Shown here piece by piece: positions 26,254 to 37,150 of a DNA stretch of 64,000 nt. The DNA is from Narcine bancroftii (lineage: Eukaryota), in NCBI RefSeq assembly GCF_036971445.1, contig NC_091480.1:3534001-3598000 (forward strand). The letters run 5' to 3'. Every line of letters begins with the position of its first letter. The stretch's first letter is position 1. Under the pieces are notes generated by a model. It had not been told where the DNA came from, searched no databases, and worked only from the letters and a program-made list of their open reading frames with translations. The translations under genes were made by a program, and so were the position numbers.

Positions 26254-28270
26254 TTTTTTTAATAATTTTTTATTTAATACTTCACTGCAAACCATGTTAG
26301 TAACAGTACAGGTATAAATAAATATTCAGCATTAAAATATACACAGTGACATTTTCATTTTTTTCCAGCTTCCCCCTCACCCTTCCCACCCCCATAACTT
26401 AAAGCAAGAAATGAAAGAAGGAAGAAGAAATAAATAAATAGAACAGAGAAGAGAAGAAAAAGAAATCGTGTCATCCAATATTTCATCTTTAATTATTGTC
26501 ATGATTGTAACTTATCGCTTTAAGAGACGGAGTCTGAAATTGGCAGTTTATAATATTCTCTACGTATGGTTTCCAAATTTGTTCAAATAAAGCATATTTG
26601 TCTTTTAGCTTATAGGTAATTTTTCTAAAGGAATACACTTGTTCATTTCTATGTATCATTGTTGTATTTTTAAGGTTGCTTCTGTTTTCCAAGTTCTCAT
26701 TATGCACTTCTTTGTTGCTGGAACAGCAATCATATAAATTTGATTTGAGCCCTGTCTAATTTTAGCCCCAATTCTTTATCTTTTATGTTGTTTAACAGGA
26801 AGATTTTTGGGTCTTTTGTTTTTTTTTATAATTCTATTTAATATTTTAAATCCTCCCAAAAGGTTTTCACTTTTGTATATGCCCAAATTGCATGTATTGT
26901 TTCTCCAATTTCTTGTTTTCAACGGAAGCATTTGTCCGATAGTGTTGGATTCCATTCTTTTAACTTTTGAGGTGTATCATATAGTATGTGTAGCCAATTG
27001 TTTTGTATCATACGAAACTGAGTATTTATTGTATTAATCATGGTCCCTGCACATAGTTCCTTCCATGTTCATTCTTTTTTCGAACATTTAAAACTTTTTC
27101 CCAACCTTGCTTGGGTTTCTATATTGCTTCATCATTTTCCTTGTATTGCAATTTGCTGAACATATTTGTAATAATTTGGTAATAATTGCAGTGTCTGTAA
27201 TTAAGTATTCATAGCAGCTACTTACAGGTAATCTTCGGCTAGTTCCCAACTTTTCTTTTAAATAAGTTTTCAACTGATAGTATGAAAATGTAATATTACC
27301 ATGTAATATTCCATATTTTTTTAACTGTTCAAATATCAATACATTATTTCCCAAAAATCAATCACTTTTCTTGCCCATTCCTTAAAAAATAAATTGTCTA
27401 TTGCAAAAGGAATTAATGGGATTTGCGCTATTAACATTTTTGGTATTTGATCCTTTATCAGCTTTTGCTCCAGATGGATTCTCTTCCATATTTTTAGCAT
27501 ATGATGTAGTATTGGTCAATTGTTATGTTGTACCCGTTTCTCATCCCATTTACAGAGTGAATGTTCAGGGACCTTGTCTCCTCATTTACATAATTCTGTA
27601 AGGGATACTGAAATGTGAGGAGTCAAGCAAGTGCTCATTAGAAATGAAGTATTATGGGTTAAATCAGGGTGAAGGGATGCTGAAATGGGAGGAAGGGTTA
27701 TAAAAGTATAATAAAATAAGGATCTTCAAAACAGGATAGCAAGTAGATAGCTTTTGCAAGTCTTGGGGATTGATTAATGGGTAAAGAACAAAGACATGAT
27801 ATTTCCTGGTCAACAAGTTTGCAGGAAGGCACATAAACTGATAAGAAGTTAGAATCCACGTGGGCAGAATTACCTAATGCTAAACCAATCCAGGAGGCAG
27901 AAGAATGTTAGGGGGAAGGTATCTCTGTACTGAAATGAAATGTATAAAAGTTGGGTCAGCCTCAGTATCTGTGTGTATTCCCAGGGTAAGGGGAAGCACC
28001 AACTTTGCATTGTTGTAATAGTATAATAAAAGTTCTTTGTTCTCAATTTTTGTCTCGAGCAAATTCTGTGAAGGTACTTCTGTTTCTCACAATTCTATCT
28101 TGAGCCTGCCTGATAAAAATCTGACAGGTATCTTAACAGTGCTGCCCTGTAATCATTTTTGAAATTTGGTAGCTGCAATCCTCCTTGTTTCTACACCCAT
28201 GTTAATTTTTCCAAAGCCACTCTTGATTTTTTTTTACCCTTCACATAAAAACATTCTTATTAATTTATTT
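26254..28270 (-). mobile_element. L1-clade 3' fragment inserted in CR1
   Basis: Poly-T start; minus frames FEQIWKPYV, SYYQLKTYLKEKLG. Confidence 0.82.
27521..28089 (+). mobile_element. Probable solo LTR inserted in L1
   Basis: TG...CA with CAAT on both sides; TATAAAA near 27943 and AATAAA near 28025. The left boundary could instead be 27614 (tgtgag...ctcaca). Confidence 0.6.
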
Positions 28271-28762
28271 AATTTCAGAGAGAGGTGGGAGTGTGAAAAC
28301 AAGCTTCCAGACGAAGTGGCGGAGGCAGGCTCGATGTTAGCATTTAAGGAGAAGTTGGATATGTATGTGGATGGGAAAGGAATGGAGGGTGACAGGTTGA
28401 GTTGAGGTCATTGGGGTTAGGTGGGAGAAAGGGTTCAGCATGGACTAGAAGGGCCAAGATGGCCTGTTTCTCTCTCTGCTGGAATTGTGATACGGTTAGG
28501 GTCCAGCATTGACCGTCCACTCGTGAAGGAAAAAACCGTAGGTTACATCTTCAACCATTTTTAGCCTTCCTGTTATGAATGAGCAAATGTCTTACCCTTG
28601 GTCTGTCCATCAGGTCTTCAGTTTCTGGCCTTGTTCCTTGTGCCTTCACTTGCATTGTTCCTATGGAGGTTGTGAGAGGCTGTAACCATTCCCCATCCTT
28701 CTCCTGTGCTCCATTACGCTGGGATGAAGGTGCTGGAGGGTTTTCTGTTTGATGTTGACCTT

Positions 28763-28911
28763 CCCCCAGGGGGCCTGAAGGATGGGAGGTGTCGCCCCTC
28801 CCCCCAAGGGGCCCTGAGGGACGGGAGGTGTCGCCCCTCCCCCCAAGGGGCCCTGAGGGACGGGAGGTGTCGCCCCTCCCCCCAAGGGGCCCTGAGGGAC
28901 GGGAGGTGTCC
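28763..28911. repeat. 39-bp GC-rich VNTR (about 3.7 copies) directly upstream of the TEDC2 promoter
   Basis: Unit gtcgcccctcccccaaggggccctgagggacgggaggt at 28791, 28830 and 28869. Confidence 0.92.
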
Positions 28912-28929
28912 ATCGCCGGGTGTCCGATG

Positions 28930-29038
28930 AGGTCTTGGCGGGAGTTTAAGGAAAGTGTTGTAATGCCAGCTCTGGCCAGACGGCGGCGTAGCGTCTCCTA
29001 GCAACGAGCGCAGTGTATGACGGGAGAGTGTGGTCGCC
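28930..29038 (+). promoter_or_regulatory. TEDC2 core promoter with E2F site and RFX X-box
   Basis: TTGGCGGGA at 28935-28943 (E2F); GTCTCCTAGCAAC at 28993-29005 (X-box); CpG-rich, just upstream of the ATG. Confidence 0.7.
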
Positions 29039-29064
29039 ATGCTTCCGGCTGATGGGGCGCTCAG
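29039..29064 (+). CDS. TEDC2: TEDC2 coding exon 1 (MLPADGAL-R)
   Basis: gccATGc start in a CpG-rich promoter; donor AG|gtgacg, phase 2; resembles human MLPAGCSR. Confidence 0.85.
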
Positions 29065-29229
29065 GTGACGGAGAGAGGAAAAGGGCGCTCCCTCCCATAG
29101 CGCGGCGCTCCCTCCCACAGCGCAGCACCCACCCACAACGCGACGCTCCCTCCCACAGCCAGGCGCTTCCTCAACACTCCCCCGACCACCTATCCCTCGG
29201 CGCGGGCTCATCATATGATGTATTCACAG

Positions 29230-29328
29230 ACTGAGCCGGGTGCTGGCTGAAGGCGGAGAGCAATGCAGTGAGGAGGAGAGGCGGCTGCAACAGGAAGTGA
29301 AACTGCACCGCAAGCTTCTGACACCGTG
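29230..29328 (+). CDS. TEDC2: TEDC2 exon 2 (LSRVLAEGGEQCSEEERRLQQEVKLHRKLLTPW)
   Basis: Acceptor ttcacag|, donor TG|gtacgt; coiled-coil ending RKLL..W as in human RRLLHAW. Confidence 0.88.
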
Positions 29329-29337
29329 GTACGTTCA

Positions 29338-29835
29338 CCCCGTGCCCCACACACCGGGGAACTCGACCCCCCCCCCCCGTGCCCCACACACCGGGGAACA
29401 AACCCTCCCCCTCCCGTGCCCCTCACACCGGGGAACACAACCCCCCCCGTGCCCCACACACCGGGGAACAAACCCCCCCCCCCTCCCGTGCCCCTCACAC
29501 CGGGGAACACAACCCCCCGCCCCGTGCCCCACACACCGGGGAACACAACCCCCCCCCCCGTGCCCCACACACCGGGGAACACAACCCCCCCCCCCGTGCC
29601 CCACACACCGGGGAACACAACCCCCCGTGCCCCACACACTGTGGAACTCGACCCCCCCCTGTGCCCCACACACCGGGGAACACAACCTTCCCCCCCCTCC
29701 CTCCCGTGCCCCACAGACCAGGGAATTCGGACCCCCCCCCCGTGCCCCACACACCAGGGAACGCAACTCCGCCCCCACCCCATGCCCCACACATCAAGGA
29801 ACAAGGCCTCCTTCCCTCCCTCCCTGGGGAACAAC
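29338..29835. repeat. About 38-bp C-rich minisatellite at the start of TEDC2 intron 2
   Basis: Unit cgtgccccacacaccggggaacacaacccccccc with variable C runs. Confidence 0.92.
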
Positions 29836-30088
29836 ACACAATTCCCCACTCAGCCTTGTTTGTTTTCCCTTGATTATCCCTTCACCCGATCCTTCTTTCC
29901 CATTTCTTCTCTGATCCAATTTCTCATTTTTCCTGTCACCCTTTAGAATGCATTATTGCAGGTTTATATCCTTTACAGCCAACATGTAGTAGTGTATATT
30001 CTGTTTCACTCCAGTGGAGATGATTATATGTTTGTTAAAGTTACACTGGCATCTTGTCACCAAAGAATTTTTAATGTTTATTTTTCAG

Positions 30089-30126
30089 GAATCCCCATGC
30101 CACAGAGACGCTCAGGAAGGTCAAAG
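30089..30126 (+). CDS. TEDC2: TEDC2 exon 3 (NPHATETLRKVK); 3' end uncertain, alternative donor after 30165
   Basis: Acceptor tttttcag| in correct phase; two phase-1 donors (G|gtactg at 30126, G|gtggcc at 30165) both fit exon 4. Confidence 0.6.
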
Positions 30127-30476
30127 GTACTGCTAGCAAGACAGAAGTCTCATCAGAGAACTCTGGTGGCCAGAATATCTCACCCAGGATTATTAGAAAC
30201 TCCTCAGATAAAGCATCCCAATTAAAATATCACCTCCCTGTGAGATTTTCATTATCTGTTTGTGTGGGTTACCCCTTCACATCTTGCCCTGTTTCTTTGC
30301 TTTCAAAAAGACTAAAAGCTGCACTGCCTTCTATTGCCCTTTCTAAAATCCTCTTCATATTCTGGTCAATTCTGTTATGTAATGTACACAGGGTTCATTT
30401 ACCTCTTATTTAATCACTACACTAGCCATCAGATCTAAAATATCCCCTGTTTTATTGTACTCAGTATTGATACATG

Positions 30477-31814
30477 CAGTGGTTTGGGACAAAGACCTTT
30501 TTTTCCTTTATTTGCCCCTGTGCTCCACAGATTTAAATTTCATTTTTAATTGCACAGAAAGGATGGTCAGATTAGTTTGCCAAGAAGTATGGAAAAAAAG
30601 TGCAGAATTCTGGAAAAAGGTCTTGTGGACAGATAACACCAAGATGAACATGTTTCAGAGTGATGGCAAGAGCAAAGTGTGGAGACATAAAGGAACTGCC
30701 CAAGGTCCAAAACATATCACTTTTGTCATGGTTTGCATCTTGCAGTGTCGTCTCTGTATTTCTGTTCACAAAGTCTTCTGTCCAGTAGTCATTGACATAT
30801 CCACACCTGCTTCCTGAAGAGTGTTTTTGATCTGCTGGACATATGTTTGGGAATTTTTCTTCATTATGATGAGAATTTTTTTGCAATCAACAGTGGAGGC
30901 CTTCCTTGGAATACTAGTCTCTTTGTAGTTACTGAGCTCACCAGTACATTCTTTCTTAATGATGTTCTAAACTGTTGATTTTGGTCATCCTAAACTTTGG
31001 GCGATGTCTTTTCTGTTTGATTCCTGTTTTTCAGCCTCATAATGGTTTCTTAGACTTTCAATGGCACAACCTTGGTCTTCATGTTGGAAAATAGCAACTA
31101 CAGACTCCAAAGGTGATCAAAATCTTAGAAGCAACCCTAGATCTCTTATACCTGCACCAATAAAGCAATTAAACATAGCTGAGTCCTCACAAACACCTGA
31201 AACCAAATGTCCCAAACTGGCAGCACGGTTAGTGTAGATGGTTGGCATAGCGGTTAGAGCAACGCTGTGACAGCGCCAGCATTTGGGACTGGGGTTCAAA
31301 TCCCGTGCTTTCCGTAAGGAGTTTGTACAATCTCCCCGTGTCTGCAAGGGTTTTCTCCAAGGACTCCAGTTTCCTCCCTCCGTTCGAAATGTATCGGGGG
31401 TGGAGTTGGGTCGCACGGATTCATGGGTCAAAAGGGCCTTTTTCCATTGCTATACGTCTAAATTTAATTATGATGGCTTCAAATAAGGGCACCTTAATTG
31501 GTCAAATCAAAATGTATACAAATAACCTTGAACTTTTTTATGTGAACAGTGGCAGGAAATTGGAGCCCCCAGGGAAAACCCAAGCAGACACGGGGAGAAT
31601 GTACAAACTCCTTATTGACAGCACAGGATTCGAACCCTTGTCCCAATCACTGGCACCATAAAAGCACTGCACTAAATGCTGTGGTAACTTTGCCACCCTA
31701 ATGGAATTTGCATTTTAATTAAACGTGAATTATTTGATTGCAAATTTAAAACTGGAGCTCAGGGACAAATAAAGGAAAAAAGTGTCTTTGTCCCAAATAT
31801 TATGGAGGGTGCTG
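30477..31814 (-). mobile_element. Defective Tc1 transposon with an internal inversion and two SINE insertions
   Basis: TIRs (tttgggacaaagac..cctttatttg / caaataaagg..gtctttgtcccaaa); FWKKVLWTDNTK on + strand; HTH-region remnants (QQIKNTLQEAGVD) on - strand. Confidence 0.8.
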
Positions 31815-32107
31815 CAAGAATGCAGACCTTCAGCTCTTCAGTATGTTCCACCAAGTCAAAACTGTTTGACTCAACCTGGCCAGCTCCAACCAGACAGCAC
31901 CATTATCAATCTTCAATTTCACGCCCCACCCACCCCCTCCTCCCCAGCACCAAACTCTCTCTTCTGCCCTTCCTATTCCAGACCAAAGGAAGAGGAGTAC
32001 AAGCCCTATGTACCATTGTATATTGGTGTGCATCAACAGGACAGAGAGAGCAGAGAGAAAGCCTTGCTGCAGATCTCAGCTCATTTTCTGCTTTTATTCC
32101 ATTTCAG

Positions 32108-32849
32108 CGCAGATCACTGGTGGTGAAGAGCTGAAGGAACTGGAGGTATTGAACAAAGCCCTGGCCAAAGCCCTGCGAATCCGACAAACACATCATAAAG
32201 CGCTTGAGTCAGAGCTGTTTCAACCTGACACTCTTGAGGGCAGCAGAGCAGTGGCTTTCAGGAGCTCTGAAACTGCCAGCCAGCCAGCAATGCCAAAGTG
32301 TAATGATCAGTATTCTTCCAGCACTTCACACAAGTTTGCCAAGATGAAGGCAGTCAAGGTTGGTGCTCAGGTGGTGGCATCAAAGAGTAATTCAACAGAT
32401 GGGCTCGGTGTTAAGAAGATCACAGCACGTTCCATATCCTCCATGAAGATGGTAACTGCTGCATTGAAAGCTCCATACAAAACTGATCTGGTAGGAAGGA
32501 GGAGATTGGTGTCATCTACTGTAGCACGTTTGGCTCACGGCTCTTTGCACACCAAGTCGAGAGCTGATGAAACTGTGGCTATCCAGCAACCAGATTACAG
32601 CATTTCTGCCAGTAGAGCAGATAGAACTCAACACCACCAACTCCACTCTTTAAAAAAAGCTTCAAGAACATTCAAAGGACATGATGCAGATCCTGGCACA
32701 GATTCCACTCCACAGTTCATTCCTGTTAGCCAGCCAAGTGTGAAAAGTATTAAACAGTCGGGGCAGTTAAGTGCTTCCAAAGAAGCCATGCCACAGAGTG
32801 ACACCTCTGACATGGAGACACCAAAATTATTCACTCTTCAATCAAGTGG
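32108..32849 (+). CDS. TEDC2: TEDC2 exon 4 (long; EELKELEVLNKALAKALRIR ... PKLFTLQSSG)
   Basis: Acceptor ttccatttcag|, donor GG|gtaaga; lies within ORF 32008..32853; conserved ends flank a low-complexity middle. Confidence 0.9.
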
Positions 32850-34493
32850 GTAAGAAGTTATAAAATTAATCTCCATTTGATGAGTGTAAGTAAAGCATAC
32901 AGAATTTTTTCAGGGCTTGTGAGTGTAGATTCAGAGTTATCTTTCCCTTGGCTGTGGTGTTGAGAACCAAAGAGCACATCTTCAAGACAGATGAGTCTTT
33001 GGATTTCTCCACCCAAGAAAACTAGAGATTGCTAGTTTTTTTTAGATGAGGAAAAAGATCAGTTATGATCTTATTGAAGAGAGAGCAGGCATGATAGGCC
33101 AGATGGCCTTTTTGGTCCTTGAACTCGTGCTTTATTTAACACTCCTTGGATGGAGCTTGTTGTGTTTTTTTCTTTTGGTGTACATCTTTTCATTATCTAG
33201 ACTTTGAGCAATTTGCATTAAATTTAGGTGGCCATAGGGAATTCCTGAGGAAAGGATGGGATTGGAAAAGTGTATTCTGTCTGGTTGAGGTGTCCAGACC
33301 AGTGAGTGTGAACCTGATCACAGAATGGCTAGAGCATGCAGGAGGTTATTCACCCATCATATCCATACAGCAGCCACTCAGCTGTCCCATTCCACTGACT
33401 TCTTCCACATATCTCTTCAAATTCTTTTCATTCAGATGCTCACATAGCTTCCTTTTAAATACTATGCACATTCTTAATGGGTTAGCTCAGAGGTGAAGGA
33501 GAGAAGAACAAAAGAAACAGGAGCAAGAGGGGGCTGAACTGCTCTGACATTCAGCGTTTGACAGACGATGCAGGAAGGAGGTTTCCTCCACTAAGGTGGC
33601 TGGACCTGGAGGCGTCGTTTTGGAATAAAGAACAGGCCATTATTTCTGATTGAGATGAGGAGAAATTTATTTGCTCAGAGGGTGGTGATTGATTGAAATT
33701 CTCAGATGACTGATGAAATTTCTCCTTCTCTCTGTCTGAATAGCTTTTTTTAAGTTCTTTCTCCTAGGAAAATATCAGCTCTGCATCTACCCAGTCAACC
33801 TCTGTAATAAGTGTACTTTTCAATGAGCTAAATGCTCATTCTGATCTCTAGAGGTCATGGATCCATTCTCCTTCATCTGACCTCTGAACCTTGGTTTCAT
33901 TCCCTCCATCACAAGTATATCTTTCAGGTAGGGAGGCAAGACCTATGCATAATATTCCAGTCATTCTCAGTAGGGACACATGGAAGAAGGTCTCATCCCT
34001 CCTGGTAAAAATCACACTGAAATGCTGGAGGAACCCAGCCGGTCTTTCAGTGACCATTAAAGGCAAAGATATATTGCTGATGTTTCAGGCCTGAGTCCTT
34101 ATTCAAATGGCCTGTGGGCAATATGTGATGGGGATGTTGACTCCAACTGTGCAGAAAGTGACAGAGGCCTCTATGGCATCTAAGACATTGTTTTGTCGTG
34201 TTAAAATGGTGTGGAGAGGAGAGAGGGTCAGATTGGAAGGTGTAAGAGAGAATGTTTTGTCAGGAGGAATGAACTAGGGAGGGTGGTGCAATGTTGGACA
34301 GCAAGAGGGAGGATTTAAAATTCAATCTGTTAAGTATTGGGGAGCTGATTAAGGTGACCAAGGGAAAGGTAGCAGGCAACAAGGATTCTGAGCCATTTGG
34401 AAATAAGAGGCTGAGCTCTGGTTGTTTAGCTTGAGTAATTAACAAATTACACCGAGACTTTTGGAAGATTAAATTATCCTTAAACTTTCACAG

Positions 34494-34547
34494 GTCAACA
34501 CTTCAGCTTCCACCAAAATGGAGAAAGCAGTACAGGAGAAACACATG
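34494..34547 (+). CDS. TEDC2: TEDC2 exon 5 (STLQLPPKWRKQYRRNT)
   Basis: tttcacag| ... TG|gtgagc, phase 2-2; matches human HLLRLPAAFRKAASQNS. Confidence 0.88.
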
Positions 34548-35110
34548 GTGAGCAGATCCTTCATGACAAGGAGACCCTGGTACACGTAACCCACCGACCT
34601 TGGCCTTCTCAGACCTCTGTCATCTTCAGTAATATCTGTACCCTGTCAGTGTTGCCTTAATGCAATCTCTCTTGTTACCTATATTGCCCTCCCTGGATGT
34701 TGCCTAACCTACTGAGTTCCTCCAGCATTTTGTGTGTTACTCCACTGTTGAGAGAGCTGGGGTTCTCTTCATGTCCCTCCCCATAATTTCCTGAGTGAGT
34801 GAGTAGATGAGAGAAGGTGAGAGGAAGCACACTGGTCTGGTATTTGTTGATTGGGTGGCAACTCCCTTCCTGATCCAAATCATTTCACTGGCATAGTTAA
34901 AACACAATGCTGGAGGAACTCAGCAGGTCAAACACGTTCTTTATAGAGCAAAGATAAAGCTAACGTTTTGGGCTTGAGCCCTTTGTCAGGGTACTGGTAC
35001 TAGTCTCCTCTAAAGTCCTTGAAAAGACTTCCCTCAGAGAGAAACATAAACTCAGAACAATGATGTTGAAGAGAGGTTGACTAAACAAGTATTGTTCCAT
35101 TTTTCTCCAG

Positions 35111-35189
35111 CTTGTGGGAAAAGGTGTCAAAGAACAAAGCTGTTGTCATTCAGGAAAGATCCCGCTTCATGGAAAGAATTCAGTCAGCA
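35111..35189 (+). CDS. TEDC2: TEDC2 exon 6 (LWEKVSKNKAVVIQERSRFMERIQSA)
   Basis: ttttctccag| acceptor; followed by U12-type donor GTATCCTTT; matches LW...FLQNMQTA. Confidence 0.88.
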
Positions 35190-35425
35190 GTATCCTTTCA
35201 CCTTGTGGACTGGATGCACAATCAGCAGGCAAACTTTCACTACCTTGATTTTTGCTTAATATTAACACTGACGTCGGAAGCAGGCTGAAATGGATTATTA
35301 CTTTTGTTAGGGAGTTGAGTTAACATTGTGGATCCCTAATTCAAAAATAGTGACTTTGCCAGGTAAAGGAGAGAAACATGTCAACTTAAAACCTTCCAGC
35401 TATTTTTCCTAAGTTTATGGTGCAG
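35190..35425 (+). other. U12-type (minor spliceosome) GT-AG intron, TEDC2 intron 6
   Basis: 5' site GTATCCTTT; branch-like TTTCCTAAG at 35405-35413, about 13 nt before the AG; no polypyrimidine tract. Confidence 0.82.
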
Positions 35426-35546
35426 TTCCATTCACAGCTCCCAACTGTGAGTAATGCAGAGGTTGAAGAACGATTGAACAATATCCACGATCTTTACAGA
35501 TGTATCAGTCAGTGTCTGTACACAGACCCTCTGCTCGATTGCTTGG
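35426..35546 (+). CDS. TEDC2: TEDC2 exon 7 (FHSQLPTVSNAEVEERLNNIHDLYRCISQCLYTDPLLDCL)
   Basis: tgcag| acceptor phase 0, G|gtatgt donor; matches human PRLSAVEVEAE. Confidence 0.87.
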
Positions 35547-36399
35547 GTATGTTGTTCACAAATTGTGTGTTTACTAAAAAAAGTATTGAAAATATAGGTT
35601 AGGCAGCATCCGTGGAAAGAGAAACCGTTCAGGTCTGAGATCAGAATTGGGAAACAAAACAAATTAGCAAAGAAGGTGGGGAGGAATGGATAGAGCAAAA
35701 GGGATACCTCTGTAGGGTGAGACCAAATGCCCTTTGTAGCATTTAGAGTAACAGTTGGATCGAGTTCTGCTGCTTTGTCTGTGTAATAGCAGGGCGATGA
35801 GACACCCCAGCAGGCCTGACTCCACACTAATAGAAAAAGAAAATCTGAGCTAAAATGATGAACAGAAATAGCCACTCCTGATACAGAAAATGCTGAAATT
35901 GAAAAGCGACAATGTGCCCAGATGAATGTTGTTCCTGAAGTTGGCATCAGGTCTCGTCATAACAGCAGAGAAGGTCACAGACAGGTCAGAATGGGGTAAG
36001 ATGAGATCTTGTGCTTGCTCATGAGATCCAGAAAGAGAAGGGATGAGTGAACTGCTACTCTTAACTGCCAAATTAAAACATCTAGACTCAGCCTGTCAGA
36101 GATATTCCCTTCATTCTACCCATCTCTTTCCCCTCCTCTGATACTAAAACTGTTTCTCAGTCTCCAGATGCTGCCTAACCTGTTGTGTTTGCAGCATATG
36201 TCGTTTTTATTTTCCATGTGTTTCATGTTCCTCATGGGTGGTGATGTTAGCTGAACAATGGCCTGTTGAATTTTCGAGGATAGGACTGCAGCAAAGCACA
36301 GAGAAGATAAAGTATGTCAAAAGCAGTTAGCGGGTCCTGAGGAAAGACTGGTGCACATGGAGCTGCACCATATCAACACCTTGGACAGGAGCACCTCAG

Positions 36400-37150
36400 A
36401 GCTATGTGTACAGCATGCAAATCTTTCCACTGCTAACTCACGACTGTATTGCCAGGTTGAGCTCCAACAGAATCATCGTTTGTGGGTGACACAATGGTAG
36501 TTGGCCTCATTAGCAATAATGATGAGTTGGCTTACAGAGAGGAGGATGAAAGGCTTGTACAAAGGTACAGGAACAACAACCTAGGTCTCAACGTGGACAA
36601 GGCAAAGGAGATGATTGTGGACCACTCCCCACAATGTATCAATGGCTGGCATCCATTTAAAGGACAACCTATCCTGGACCCACAGCTCCTCCTCATTTTC
36701 CTCAGGAAGATGCTGCTGCAGCTTCTGAAGAGATTGAGGAGGGCAAGGCTACCAGCCACCATCCTAACAACGTTCTATAGGAGCACAACAGAGAGTGTCC
36801 TGGCTGGCTGCCTCATAGTCTGGTATGATAGCTGCAAAGCATCAGATGGGACGTCAGTATGGAGGGTGACTGCTAAGAAGATCACTGATATCTCCTTTCC
36901 CTCTATTGTTGATTTATACAGAGAGTTAAGAGGGCTTCGAGAAACATTGAGGATCCTTGCCATCCATCCCCAGTATCTTTGAGACACTTCAAGGAAGGTT
37001 CAGGAGCATAAAAACTAGGACTGCTAGACTGGGAAACATCTTCCCAAAACTGGAAACCTGGAAATTATATATATTCATGTACTATATATGTTATTTGTGT
37101 GTAGGGTCTACTGTACTGTGTCTGTGCACTATGGTCTGGAGATGCGCTGT
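36400..37150 (+). mobile_element. Rex1/Babar-like LINE 3' fragment
   Basis: DTMVVGLISNNDELAYREE, LNVDKAKEMIVD, FYRSTTESVL. Confidence 0.8.

Larger units (their letters stand above)
21950..28490 (+). mobile_element. Long CR1 LINE (ORF1 end to 3' end) split by LTR, DNA-transposon and L1 insertions
   Basis: [37 protein letters not shown]; CR1 text resumes at 25267, about 26075 and about 28275. Confidence 0.85.

Noticed and set aside
29329-29946. Overlapping ORFs of 150-220 aa
   Set aside because: Intronic minisatellite; only 29230-29328 is the real TEDC2 exon.
32008-32107. N-terminus of the 281-aa ORF as a standalone gene start
   Set aside because: It is intron sequence including the polypyrimidine tract; homology begins after the acceptor at 32108.
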